NCBI GenBank assembly: GCA_028279595.1
Contig: JANQNK010000020.1
Span: 192,001 to 256,000, forward strand
Length of the DNA: 64,000 bases
Direction of reading: 5' to 3'
Source of the DNA: Thermoplasmatota archaeon
GTDB lineage: Archaea > Thermoplasmatota > JAKEGO01
Part shown: piece by piece, positions 10,001 through 17,014 of the stretch
Position numbering within the stretch: position 1 is the stretch's first letter
Layout: each line of letters starts with the position of its first letter
Notes under the pieces: generated by a model
The model's input: the letters and a program-made list of their open reading frames with translations, nothing else
What the model was told of the DNA's origin: nothing
The model's database searches: none
Translations under genes and position numbers: made by a program

Positions 10001-11367
10001 CGACCAGGGATGCAGCATCTGGGCTTCCCACCGGCAAAAGACAGCACGAACCGGTGGAGTTGACCATCGAGTACGAGAAGGCCTCCCCGAAGTTACAGGA
10101 AGCCCTCACTAGCGGTACACCCCTCGACGCAACGGTGGAGATCTTCGAGATCGACGAGAACGGAACGATGGTCCACACCGTGACTCTGAACATGACCGAG
10201 GCCGAGATAATTTCCATCGATAGCTTCAACGGCCACGTGACCCCGCTGAAGGGTCATAATGACGCAAGCACAGGTCAATGGGCATACGTCGACAGTGGAT
10301 CGACGGTGAGAGGATTCGACACCGAGATGATCTCCATGCAGTTGACCTCATTCCGGTACTCGGAGCTCTCCGTCTACTATGAGCAGACGGGAGACCACTT
10401 CTTCGACATCTGGGTCGACCCCGAGCCCAGGGCAGGGTTCATCAAGCTCGGCGACATCAAGGGCGAGGCTACCGACGCTGACCATAACGAATGGATCGAG
10501 GTGACCGGCTACCAGCACAGCGTCACCCGCGAATTCGCCGGCTACGATCTACGCGACAACGAGACGGAAGGAAGGCTCCTTCACACGCCGTTCATCTTCA
10601 CGAAGGTGTTCGATTCGTCCAGTCCATCGATCATGGACACATACCTGAACGGGTCCCTCATTGGTGTGACCATGGACGTCACAAGGCCTATGGCCGCTGG
10701 GGCCAGTGGGTCCACGAGAACGGCCGTTACGGTGACCCTCGAGAACGCCTCCATCGAGTCGTACGAGCTCAATTACCTCGATGATGACGACGATGGCGAT
10801 GGGATCCCAGTGGAGACGGTCTCCCTGAGATATTCCCATGTCGAGTGGAAGGTCGAGGAGGGCGAGAGCCTGAGGTCGGAATGGTACGATCCCTCGATGG
10901 CTCCCAAGACGAGAGCGTCCTTCATCAAGTTCGACGGCATCGACGGCGAATCGAAGGACATCGACCATGACGGCTGGTCCGACCTGGTGGCTGTCCGCTA
11001 CAGCGTCAGCGAGGAGATCGAGGGTGCCACTGGCCTACCGACCGGCAAGACCGAGGTAAGCAGCGTCGTCGTCGTGAAGCCTGTGGACGCATCGTCGCCG
11101 TTCCTCCTGATGTCCGTGGCCAGGGGCGACGTCTACGATGTGACCATCGAGAGGTACCAGCCCGATCTCACCGCAGCTGACGGACGGGTACACTACCTGA
11201 CGATCGAGCTGGAGAACGCATCCGTGGAGCGCGCTGAGTCCATCGACGACGACTGCGACAGCGACTGTGACGACACCTGGGACGACATGGAAGAGATATC
11301 CCTGAGGTTCGAGTCCATGAAGTGGACGTGGGAACTGCTCGGTATCGAGCACGAGGACATCGGCTGA
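7051..11367 (+). CDS. Secreted or membrane-anchored protein with eight tandem Hcp1-like (type VI secretion tube) domains
   Basis: Start moved to ATG 7051 (SD). Hydrophobic N-terminus LMGLVAVLAVANLGLVA. Eight copies of the Hcp core D-x-x-S-P-x-L motif: DKASPKL x2, DKASPLL, DKSSPML, DPASPFL, EKASPKL, DSSSPSI, DASSPFL. Hcp starts such as YVKFDGIDGES, FIKLGDIKGEA and FIKFDGIDGES; Hcp ends such as EEISLSYEKITWTY and TENVSLNFEEV. Confidence 0.88.
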   Translation: MNPNMLMGLVAVLAVANLGLVATTTMVVNDVASDEDSSDTMAPEVQPDPIGNAAAIYVKFDGIDGESTDENHDKWIEVLSWSHDRGAVDRSDNIGSSGMDGVASTSIVLTKELDKASPKLAEMLSTGGTTDVEFEIFSLVEYNDNNDLVLRKRPGRMVQSGMLTNASIMHQTTMPVVLLPESGGTDQSHMTTPGHKYIDTLRVMGEEISLSYEKITWTYDTGGKEHEDDWVSPRVLAANDIENPYFIPDTPGEYGFETQFNTTLTFDTPGRGPGDIPHKTEIDQIGLRLAIHQPGGGATGQSRRRGVHQPGGSATGATRRRGDVIMEDITLVKELDKASPKLAEALANGEPLENATIILTERGSGGGGGTVYLKIELEEAIVSSYSSGTGSTRAPDWRVEIEFPDRDVSSSSGGFDTEMVSLSFHMANITYPGAGPNGTDMVLSADPMLPRDGRVFTSTFLHIHGFEGDVEIEGREGTVLLHELGHAMGDPHTRWDPLMLDLSRSSVSFTKYIDKASPLLMRRMNDGGTLNATIFVDEYRTHSNGSIERVEYMKYELKNVMVTSVSTGGSGGEDKLTENVSLNFEEVKTTYVEMKESATYIAGDPREDQYSMDMFLDIEGEGFEGESTARGHKDEIDVLAWSWGVSQSGSFHVGGGGGAGKANFQDITIVKPIDKSSPMLMQAWANGDSLGNGTLSLVRRGETSPMVEVEMISMQLTSIRTVSFVPEIPTASDESGEFWFEGLQPGRYVFPAFSASGTGNLYEEITLKPIRLELAYADPGDGSGEIKVVLKHDNSGIAPPQTEITVQYEGLRGFDPNPDDLCYPWRYETGLHVSTDRQSGKIIGTRMHSPFSIETFYDPASPFLRQALTTGDEFNVTVSVNRVAADGSKENFYRYKLVDAIVSSYSVSGSTGGDLPTEQISFLYETMTTEYVLDGIKEDDPGVFGGRGGGAIYLHVNGIEGESTDSGHEGWIDVLSIDWGLSSTTRDAASGLPTGKRQHEPVELTIEYEKASPKLQEALTSGTPLDATVEIFEIDENGTMVHTVTLNMTEAEIISIDSFNGHVTPLKGHNDASTGQWAYVDSGSTVRGFDTEMISMQLTSFRYSELSVYYEQTGDHFFDIWVDPEPRAGFIKLGDIKGEATDADHNEWIEVTGYQHSVTREFAGYDLRDNETEGRLLHTPFIFTKVFDSSSPSIMDTYLNGSLIGVTMDVTRPMAAGASGSTRTAVTVTLENASIESYELNYLDDDDDGDGIPVETVSLRYSHVEWKVEEGESLRSEWYDPSMAPKTRASFIKFDGIDGESKDIDHDGWSDLVAVRYSVSEEIEGATGLPTGKTEVSSVVVVKPVDASSPFLLMSVARGDVYDVTIERYQPDLTAADGRVHYLTIELENASVERAESIDDDCDSDCDDTWDDMEEISLRFESMKWTWELLGIEHEDIG
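7921..8016 (+). repeat. Degenerate 48-bp tandem duplication within Hcp domain 2
   Basis: IHQPGGGATGQSRRRG (7921-7968) followed by VHQPGGSATGATRRRG (7969-8016). Confidence 0.85.
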
Positions 11368-11390
11368 ACGAGAAGGATAACCAACGAACG

Positions 11391-11439
11391 AAGCGGGGGG
11401 CGATATCCCCTCCTCCAGTCCCCCGCTTTACCCTTTTTT
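11391..11439 (+). terminator. Hairpin plus T-tract after the poly-Hcp gene
   Basis: AAGCGGGGG (11391-11399) pairs with CCCCCGCTT (11420-11428), followed by CCCTTTTTT. Confidence 0.6.
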
Positions 11440-11464
11440 CCGTTGAAAACGGTGTTTTCGGGCG

Positions 11465-11479
11465 ATAAAAAGGTTTAAG
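11465..11479 (+). promoter_or_regulatory. Archaeal BRE-TATA promoter
   Basis: ATAAAAAGG-TTTAAG about 35 nt upstream of ATG 11514; the same AAAAAGGTTTA occurs on the minus strand at 16982-16997. Confidence 0.55.
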
Positions 11480-11513
11480 TCGTTTAAATGGCCTTGTCGG
11501 AACGGGTAGGGAG

Positions 11514-12428
11514 ATGAGAAGGGGTGTGTTGATAGCCGGGGTCTCGCTTATCGCCTTCGGATTGGTCATGATGGCATTCTATATGCTCAATACGGAGTTG
11601 AACAACGAGAAGGGCACCAAACGGCTATACCCGAACGGGGAGGACGGCATCATTCTAACCGATCTCGAGAGCGGAGACGTCATCTATCTCGATTTCGAAT
11701 CAGATACCAGCGTTCACGTATGGATCTCCCCTACCGATAACCATCTCCTTGACGGAGAGCTCATGGCCACGAATTCTACGGGGGGGTCCTACTCCCAGAA
11801 GGTCGGTCAGTCGGGTTCTTGGTACATCACGTTCCAGAACCTCGACAGCGAGAACGACAATCACGTCGAGTACGACATCCAGGTCCAGAACTGGATAGGT
11901 CAGATCACTCTCATACTGGCACCTGTCTTCATCATCTTCGGCGCCGTCGTGGCTGTGGCCGGATATCGTTTAGAGAAGATCGACAAGTCCGAGATGGAGG
12001 TCAAGCTCCTGGACAAGTCCAAGAAGGGCAAGCCCGGGGCGAAGGGGAAGACGAAGGTCGTCAAGGGAAAGCCCGTCAAGAAGACCCAGAAGAAGAGGCC
12101 CAAGGCCACGGTCTTCGAGACGGAGGATGACACCTTCGAGCCGGAGCCCAAGGAGGACCTGCCCGCATGGGACGCCGTCGACAGGGTCGAACGCGAACGG
12201 CGACCCGAACGGAAGGAGGACACCGGATGGGCGGACGGGCCCAAGTCCGAGCCAGAACCACCTTCTGAAGGTTTCTCCGGGTGGGCAGAGGAGGAGAAGC
12301 CCGAGGAGCCCGAGGAAGAGGAGGAGGAGGAAGAGGAGAAGAGCCTCCCCTGCGTCATGTGCGGCGGCCGTATGTTCAGGGACGCAAGCACGGAATGGGT
12401 CTGCGACCGGTGCGGAAACCGGATCTGA
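11514..12428 (+). CDS. Hypothetical two-TM membrane protein with an external beta-sandwich, Lys-rich and acidic cytoplasmic region and C-terminal Zn-ribbon
   Basis: TM1 at the N-terminus, TM2 ITLILAPVFIIFGAVVAVAG, K-rich stretch, poly-E, CVMC...CDRC. Confidence 0.75.
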   Translation: MRRGVLIAGVSLIAFGLVMMAFYMLNTELNNEKGTKRLYPNGEDGIILTDLESGDVIYLDFESDTSVHVWISPTDNHLLDGELMATNSTGGSYSQKVGQSGSWYITFQNLDSENDNHVEYDIQVQNWIGQITLILAPVFIIFGAVVAVAGYRLEKIDKSEMEVKLLDKSKKGKPGAKGKTKVVKGKPVKKTQKKRPKATVFETEDDTFEPEPKEDLPAWDAVDRVERERRPERKEDTGWADGPKSEPEPPSEGFSGWAEEEKPEEPEEEEEEEEEKSLPCVMCGGRMFRDASTEWVCDRCGNRI

Positions 12429-12515
12429 GGACCTTCATCGACATAATCATCACTTCCAGTGTGGACTCTTCCCATCGTAAATGATAAGAACCCTCACAGA
12501 CGTAGCGGGACCGAC

Positions 12516-12587
12516 AGTCCCGTGGTGTAGCGGTCAACATCCCGGCCTTTGGAGCCGGGGCCGGCAGTTCGAATCTGCCCGGGACTA
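12516..12587 (+). tRNA. tRNA-Gln (anticodon TTG), no intron, CCA not encoded
   Basis: Acceptor stem AGTCCCG/CGGGACT, D arm GTGT..ACAT, anticodon arm CCGGC-CT TTG GA-GCCGG, T arm GGCAG-TTCGAAT-CTGCC; T-tract downstream. Confidence 0.95.
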
Positions 12588-12787
12588 TTCCTTTTTCATA
12601 AAAGAGGGAAAAAGAGCTCACTCTCCTGATCACTTCTTTTTCTCCCCCGAATGAGCTGTGCTTACCGTCAATTCCAGGTTTCTCGCACAGAGGAAGAACG
12701 CTTCCAGTTCAGAACAATGGCTTTCCCGTCAATTCTTTCTCCAATTCCTGATCGTATACATATCGTAATTCTAACGAACGCGGTCTT

Positions 12788-13159
12788 CTACAGTCTGTCG
12801 TACTTGACGGCCCGACCCTTGACCACGTCCGCAGGGTATTTGTCTGAATTCGCGGCTACCTTGCGCTCTACCGCGTCCTTCAGATCGATATCGTACGTAG
12901 AGGCCAGCGACAGCAGGTAGATCAGGATGTCCGCCATCTCCTCCTCCACCGCCCTCATGGAGGACGGGTCCGACATGATCCCGTCGGCCTCCTCCCTCGC
13001 CTTCCACAGGAACTCCTCCTGGAGCTCCGACGCCTCGATGGAGATCGCGGTGGCCAGGTCCTTCGCGTTGTGGAACTGGCTCCAGTCCCGTTCGTCGATG
13101 AAACGGCGCACCAGCTCCATCATCTCATCAAGGTCTCCCATGTCCGGCAATCCCTCCAT
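12788..13159 (-). CDS. MazG-like nucleotide pyrophosphohydrolase (DCTPP1-like)
   Basis: FIDERDWSQFHNAKDLA..ISIEASELQEEFLW and EEMADILIYLL motifs, C-terminal N..KYP. Exact start uncertain. Confidence 0.88.
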   Translation of the reverse strand: MEGLPDMGDLDEMMELVRRFIDERDWSQFHNAKDLATAISIEASELQEEFLWKAREEADGIMSDPSSMRAVEEEMADILIYLLSLASTYDIDLKDAVERKVAANSDKYPADVVKGRAVKYDRL

Positions 13160-13217
13160 CGATATTTAAGGCCGACTGCGGCCAACCTTTATCTACCCGG
13201 AGTCTCGTGCAAGTCGC

Positions 13218-13487
13218 ATGAATTGGACCATACTCAGGGTCAAGGACCAGGAGCTCATCAACGGGCTCCTGAAGGACGATGTGGTCAGCCGGCAGAGTGT
13301 TACTACGAAGGACGATCCCGACGGTGGCAAGATCATACTCATCGAGGGTTCGGACGAGGCCCTGGACAGGGTCGCCGAGATGGCGCCAGAAACCGCATTG
13401 GACGAGGACGAAGCCCAGGAATGGTTCGATAGGATAAAGAGCGAGGAGAGTGCCGTGGCCTCTGGCGTCGGCATGATCTTCGACTGA
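13218..13487 (+). CDS. Small hypothetical protein
   Basis: 89-aa ORF with typical codon usage and a TTTAT box about 25 nt upstream; resembles small proteins recalled from Thermoplasmata (KDDVVSRQS...LIEGS). Confidence 0.7.
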   Translation: MNWTILRVKDQELINGLLKDDVVSRQSVTTKDDPDGGKIILIEGSDEALDRVAEMAPETALDEDEAQEWFDRIKSEESAVASGVGMIFD

Positions 13488-13525
13488 TTGACCGCCAGTG
13501 ATGCGGTCGGTCCGGTGAAGTTGAA

Positions 13526-14752
13526 ATGGAGCCAACCCTCGAAGACTACCTTCTTGCCATCATCCTCCTAATACTGTTAAGCAGGATCCTAGGACTGATC
13601 CTGAAGCGGTTCGGTATTGCGGAGCTGGTGGGATACGTCGCAGCTGGCCTGATCCTCGGACCATTCGCCATTGCCGTATCCGAACCATTCGGTCTCACAT
13701 GGGGCATTCGGCCAGATATCCCAATAGAGGTGTTCGCGGACTTCGGGATACTCGTCCTGATGCTCTACACAGGCCTTTCAACGGACTTCCATACGTTCCG
13801 GCAGGTCAAGAGAGCGAGTTTTGTCGTCGGGATCGCGGGTGTGGCGGTAACGTTCACGATGATCTTCGTGGTACTGATGGCCATCGGTGTCGGTGTCAAC
13901 GCGTCCTTGTTCATCGCAGCCCTTCTCTCGAACACCGCGATCGAGGTCAGCGCGGGGATCCTGATGAAGTTCCCCGAATCGAAGCTCAAGTCGGTGGTGA
14001 TCGGAGCCTCGTTCGTCGACGACATAGTTGGTGTAGTCCTCCTGGGTATCGTCTCCTCTCTGATATTCGTGGGACACCCTGATGTCCTGGCAATCTCATT
14101 CATCGGTGTCAAGGTAGTAGCGTTCCTGCTCATATCGCTCTTCATGTTCTCGTGGCTCCTCAACAGGACCTTCGATCGGTTCACAAGGAGCGAGGAGAAG
14201 GTGCTACTCACTGCCACTATCCTGACAGGTCTCTTCTTCGCCGTCCTGGCGAGGGAGCTCGGCCTCCATCCCGTCATAGGCGCGTACGTGGCGGGCTTCG
14301 TGATCGGAAGGTGGGGCTCCATCCCGGACCCCATGCTGGAGCACAGCGTCTCGAGGAACAAGCTCATACACGAACTGGAAGCGCCTATCACAGCCTTCTT
14401 CGCCCCCATATTCTTCGCTTACATTGGATTGCTATTCGTCACTGCCGGACAGCCGGACTACTACAGCCTCGCGATCCTGGTCACTGTCCTCTCGATCCTC
14501 GGGATAGCTGGGAAACTCGTCGGCTGCGGGTTCGGAGCACGCCTGTCCGGATTCCCTGCTAAAGAGAGCGCGGTCATTGGATTCGCCATGGGTGGAAGGG
14601 GAGGCCTGGAACTGGTCCTGCTCAGGTTCGGACTCAATTCAGAGGTGATCTCCTCCACGGAGTTCACTGCAGTTGTCACTATGATCCTGATAACCGTGTT
14701 CGTCGCCCCGATCCTCTTCGGCCAGTCTGCTAAACGGCTGTCGGACGATTGA
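13526..14752 (+). CDS. Cation:proton antiporter (CPA2, Kef/NapA type)
   Basis: About 12 TM segments; GLILGP, SFVDDIVG, FAPIFFAYIG and GRGGLEL motifs. Confidence 0.9.
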   Translation: MEPTLEDYLLAIILLILLSRILGLILKRFGIAELVGYVAAGLILGPFAIAVSEPFGLTWGIRPDIPIEVFADFGILVLMLYTGLSTDFHTFRQVKRASFVVGIAGVAVTFTMIFVVLMAIGVGVNASLFIAALLSNTAIEVSAGILMKFPESKLKSVVIGASFVDDIVGVVLLGIVSSLIFVGHPDVLAISFIGVKVVAFLLISLFMFSWLLNRTFDRFTRSEEKVLLTATILTGLFFAVLARELGLHPVIGAYVAGFVIGRWGSIPDPMLEHSVSRNKLIHELEAPITAFFAPIFFAYIGLLFVTAGQPDYYSLAILVTVLSILGIAGKLVGCGFGARLSGFPAKESAVIGFAMGGRGGLELVLLRFGLNSEVISSTEFTAVVTMILITVFVAPILFGQSAKRLSDD

Positions 14753-14756
14753 CCGA

Positions 14757-16028
14757 TCAGTGCTGCCACATGGGAAGGACCCTTTCGTAACCCATGAGCT
14801 TCACTCCGGCCACTGTCGCTGCCTCGTATGTCATTCCCCTGACATCGTCAAGGCCGACCTCGGTGATGGAATGGTGCCCTGTGAGGGCTATGAGCATCCT
14901 CAGCTCCTGGTCGAGCGCCTTGATGTAGTTGTCGACGCCCCTGGCAGCCCCCTTCGGCAGCTTACCTGGCTCGCCCGTGATGCCTACCCTGCAGTCGCCC
15001 TTGACGCAGTTCTCGTAGCACCCGGTGCAGCCCATCGCCACAAGGAAGGGAAGGTCGAGACCGACGGCATCCGCGCCCATGGCCAGGGCCTTGAAGATGT
15101 CGGCCGACGTCATCATGCCGCCGTTCACGATCAGCTTGATGCTCGAGTCCTTCATCCCGGCCAGCTTGAAGCCGCGCTGGACCCCGCCGAATATCCCCAG
15201 GATGGGTGTGCCCACCTCGTTCCCGACGATCGACGGCACTGCCGTCCCGATGGCTTCGGATGCGTCCACCACGATGGCGTCCACGCCTGCCTCCACGGCG
15301 ATCTTGACGTCGTCGATGAGGTTCCCGGCGCCGAACTTCAGCAATATCGGTATCTTCCGGTCCGTGGTCTCCCGGACCATCTCGACGATGTACTTGATGT
15401 CCTCGGGGGTGTCCATGTCCAGGTGCTTGGACGGGCTGAGCGCGTCGGCCCCCTTCGGGAGGGCCCGTATCTCGCTCATCTCGTCTGTGATCTTCTCGGC
15501 GAATAGGATCCCACCCATACCGGGCTTCGATCCATGCCCAAGGGATATCTCCACGGCGTCCGCGGACCTAAGACCGTCTAAGTCCACAGAGAACCTTCCG
15601 GATGCCATCTGGGCGATGACCTTGCCGCCGTTGGCCAGGGTCTTCGCCTCCTCCGGGGACAGGCCGCCCTCGGCGGCATTGAACGTGATGTCGTGCTCGG
15701 CCGCGGCCTTCACGAGGACCCGCCTCGCATCTGTCGAAAGGGCACCCAGCGATAGGGGAGCCATCATGTACGGCCTTTCCAGCGTGAGCGGCCTCTCCAG
15801 GCCCGATCCGATGACCACCTTCGTCTCGACGAGCGTCCGCATGGAATCGTTCGGGAGCCTTGCGGCCTGCGCGGGAGTGATCACGATGCTGTCGAGGTCG
15901 GGGTGCTTGCGCACCATCCCGAACCCGCGCATCGGGGCCCGTCCAAGCTCCGACGACAGGCGGACATGCTGGACCGACCTGTTGAACCAGGTGTCCTCGT
16001 CGATGACCGGCGTCTCCTTCTTCGGCAT
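14757..16028 (-). CDS. FMN-binding glutamate synthase family protein (GltB domain 2-like)
   Basis: SLGALS, QMASGRF, EISLGHGSKPGMGGIL, SPSKHLD, DIFKALAMGADAVG and Cys cluster CTGCYENCVKGDC. Confidence 0.88.
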   Translation of the reverse strand: MPKKETPVIDEDTWFNRSVQHVRLSSELGRAPMRGFGMVRKHPDLDSIVITPAQAARLPNDSMRTLVETKVVIGSGLERPLTLERPYMMAPLSLGALSTDARRVLVKAAAEHDITFNAAEGGLSPEEAKTLANGGKVIAQMASGRFSVDLDGLRSADAVEISLGHGSKPGMGGILFAEKITDEMSEIRALPKGADALSPSKHLDMDTPEDIKYIVEMVRETTDRKIPILLKFGAGNLIDDVKIAVEAGVDAIVVDASEAIGTAVPSIVGNEVGTPILGIFGGVQRGFKLAGMKDSSIKLIVNGGMMTSADIFKALAMGADAVGLDLPFLVAMGCTGCYENCVKGDCRVGITGEPGKLPKGAARGVDNYIKALDQELRMLIALTGHHSITEVGLDDVRGMTYEAATVAGVKLMGYERVLPMWQH

Positions 16029-16945
16029 CAGTTCCCCTCCTTCGATTTCTTGAGGTCGTCCATCAGTTTCTCGCGCTTGGACCTGATCTGGGCCAATTTA
16101 CGTTCGAGGTCCTCGGTCCGGCTGACCTGGTCGTCCTCGTCGTCCTCCTCGGCCTTGACTATCGGGCCCGTCGGCGCAGCCGGCTCCTCGACGGCTCCAA
16201 TATCGACGATCTCCGGGACCGTCTCCTCGACGGCCTCGACCTGGATGACCTCCTCATGGGCCTCCTCGTCCTCCAGGTCCGGCGCCGCGAACTCCTCCTC
16301 GGCCTCGAAGAACGGTCTCGTCTTCTCGGCAGTGATCTTCCTGAGGGTCGTGACCCCCTTGACGTCGTAGGCCTCGAGGTACTTCACCACGGCGGCGACC
16401 TCCTCCTCCGTCGCCTGGGTCTCCACGGTGTTCTTCCCCCGCTCGGTGATCGTCCCGCCGACGTATATCTCACCGCCGATCATCCACTGGCCCAGATGGG
16501 CTCCGGCGTTCCCCGTGATGACGAGGGTTCCGCCCTGCATGTACTCGCCGACGTAGGAGCCCGCGTAGCCATCGATAACGAGTATTCCGCCCTGCATGTT
16601 CAGGCCCACCCTGTCGCCAGCGTTGCCCTGGACGATGAGGTTCCCTCCACGCATGTAAACACCGGACCCGGTCGCGACGTGTCCCTGGATAATTACCTCG
16701 CCTCCGGACATGTTGTCGCAGACGTAGCGTCCCGCGGGACCCTGGAGGGTCAGTCTGCCACCTCCGTTGAATGCGCCGAAATAGTCGCCGCCAACACCGG
16801 ATATCCGGGTCTTTCCCTTCTGGATGCCCACCGCTATGCAGTGCTGGCCGGTCAGACCCTCGATCTTCACGACCTTGCCCATCTCGATGAGCTTCTTGAT
16901 CTGCTCGTTGATCGTCCTGGAATCGTATACGACCTCTCCGGCCAT
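16028..16945 (-). CDS. GXGXG beta-helix protein (glutamate synthase domain 3-like) with acidic C-terminal extension
   Basis: Repeated G-x-A-G-x-x-x-G-x-x-M-x-G-G units; stop overlaps the next start codon. Confidence 0.85.
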   Translation of the reverse strand: MAGEVVYDSRTINEQIKKLIEMGKVVKIEGLTGQHCIAVGIQKGKTRISGVGGDYFGAFNGGGRLTLQGPAGRYVCDNMSGGEVIIQGHVATGSGVYMRGGNLIVQGNAGDRVGLNMQGGILVIDGYAGSYVGEYMQGGTLVITGNAGAHLGQWMIGGEIYVGGTITERGKNTVETQATEEEVAAVVKYLEAYDVKGVTTLRKITAEKTRPFFEAEEEFAAPDLEDEEAHEEVIQVEAVEETVPEIVDIGAVEEPAAPTGPIVKAEEDDEDDQVSRTEDLERKLAQIRSKREKLMDDLKKSKEGN

Positions 16946-16981
16946 AGCTAACCCCTCACGTCTTCCATGATTGGTGCGCCG

Positions 16982-16997
16982 ATAATAAACCTTTTTG
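16982..16997 (-). promoter_or_regulatory. BRE-TATA promoter of the glutamate-synthase-domain operon
   Basis: Minus strand CAAAAAGG-TTTATTAT about 40 nt upstream of ATG 16945. Confidence 0.55.
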
Positions 16998-17014
16998 TAA
17001 GGTTCGTACGGTCC

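Noticed and set aside
7051-11367. A bona fide T6SS or eCIS locus
   Set aside because: No sheath, VgrG/PAAR, baseplate, ClpV or membrane-complex genes in the window, and the protein has a Sec-like N-terminus.
12666-12735. Direct repeat CCGTCAATTC x2, 60 nt apart, resembling a conserved SSU rRNA motif or a CRISPR remnant
   Set aside because: Only 10 bp and two copies, with no rRNA context or cas genes; probably chance.
12516-12787. tRNA-Gln as an integration site of a mobile element
   Set aside because: No integrase and no duplicated tRNA 3' end seen in the window.
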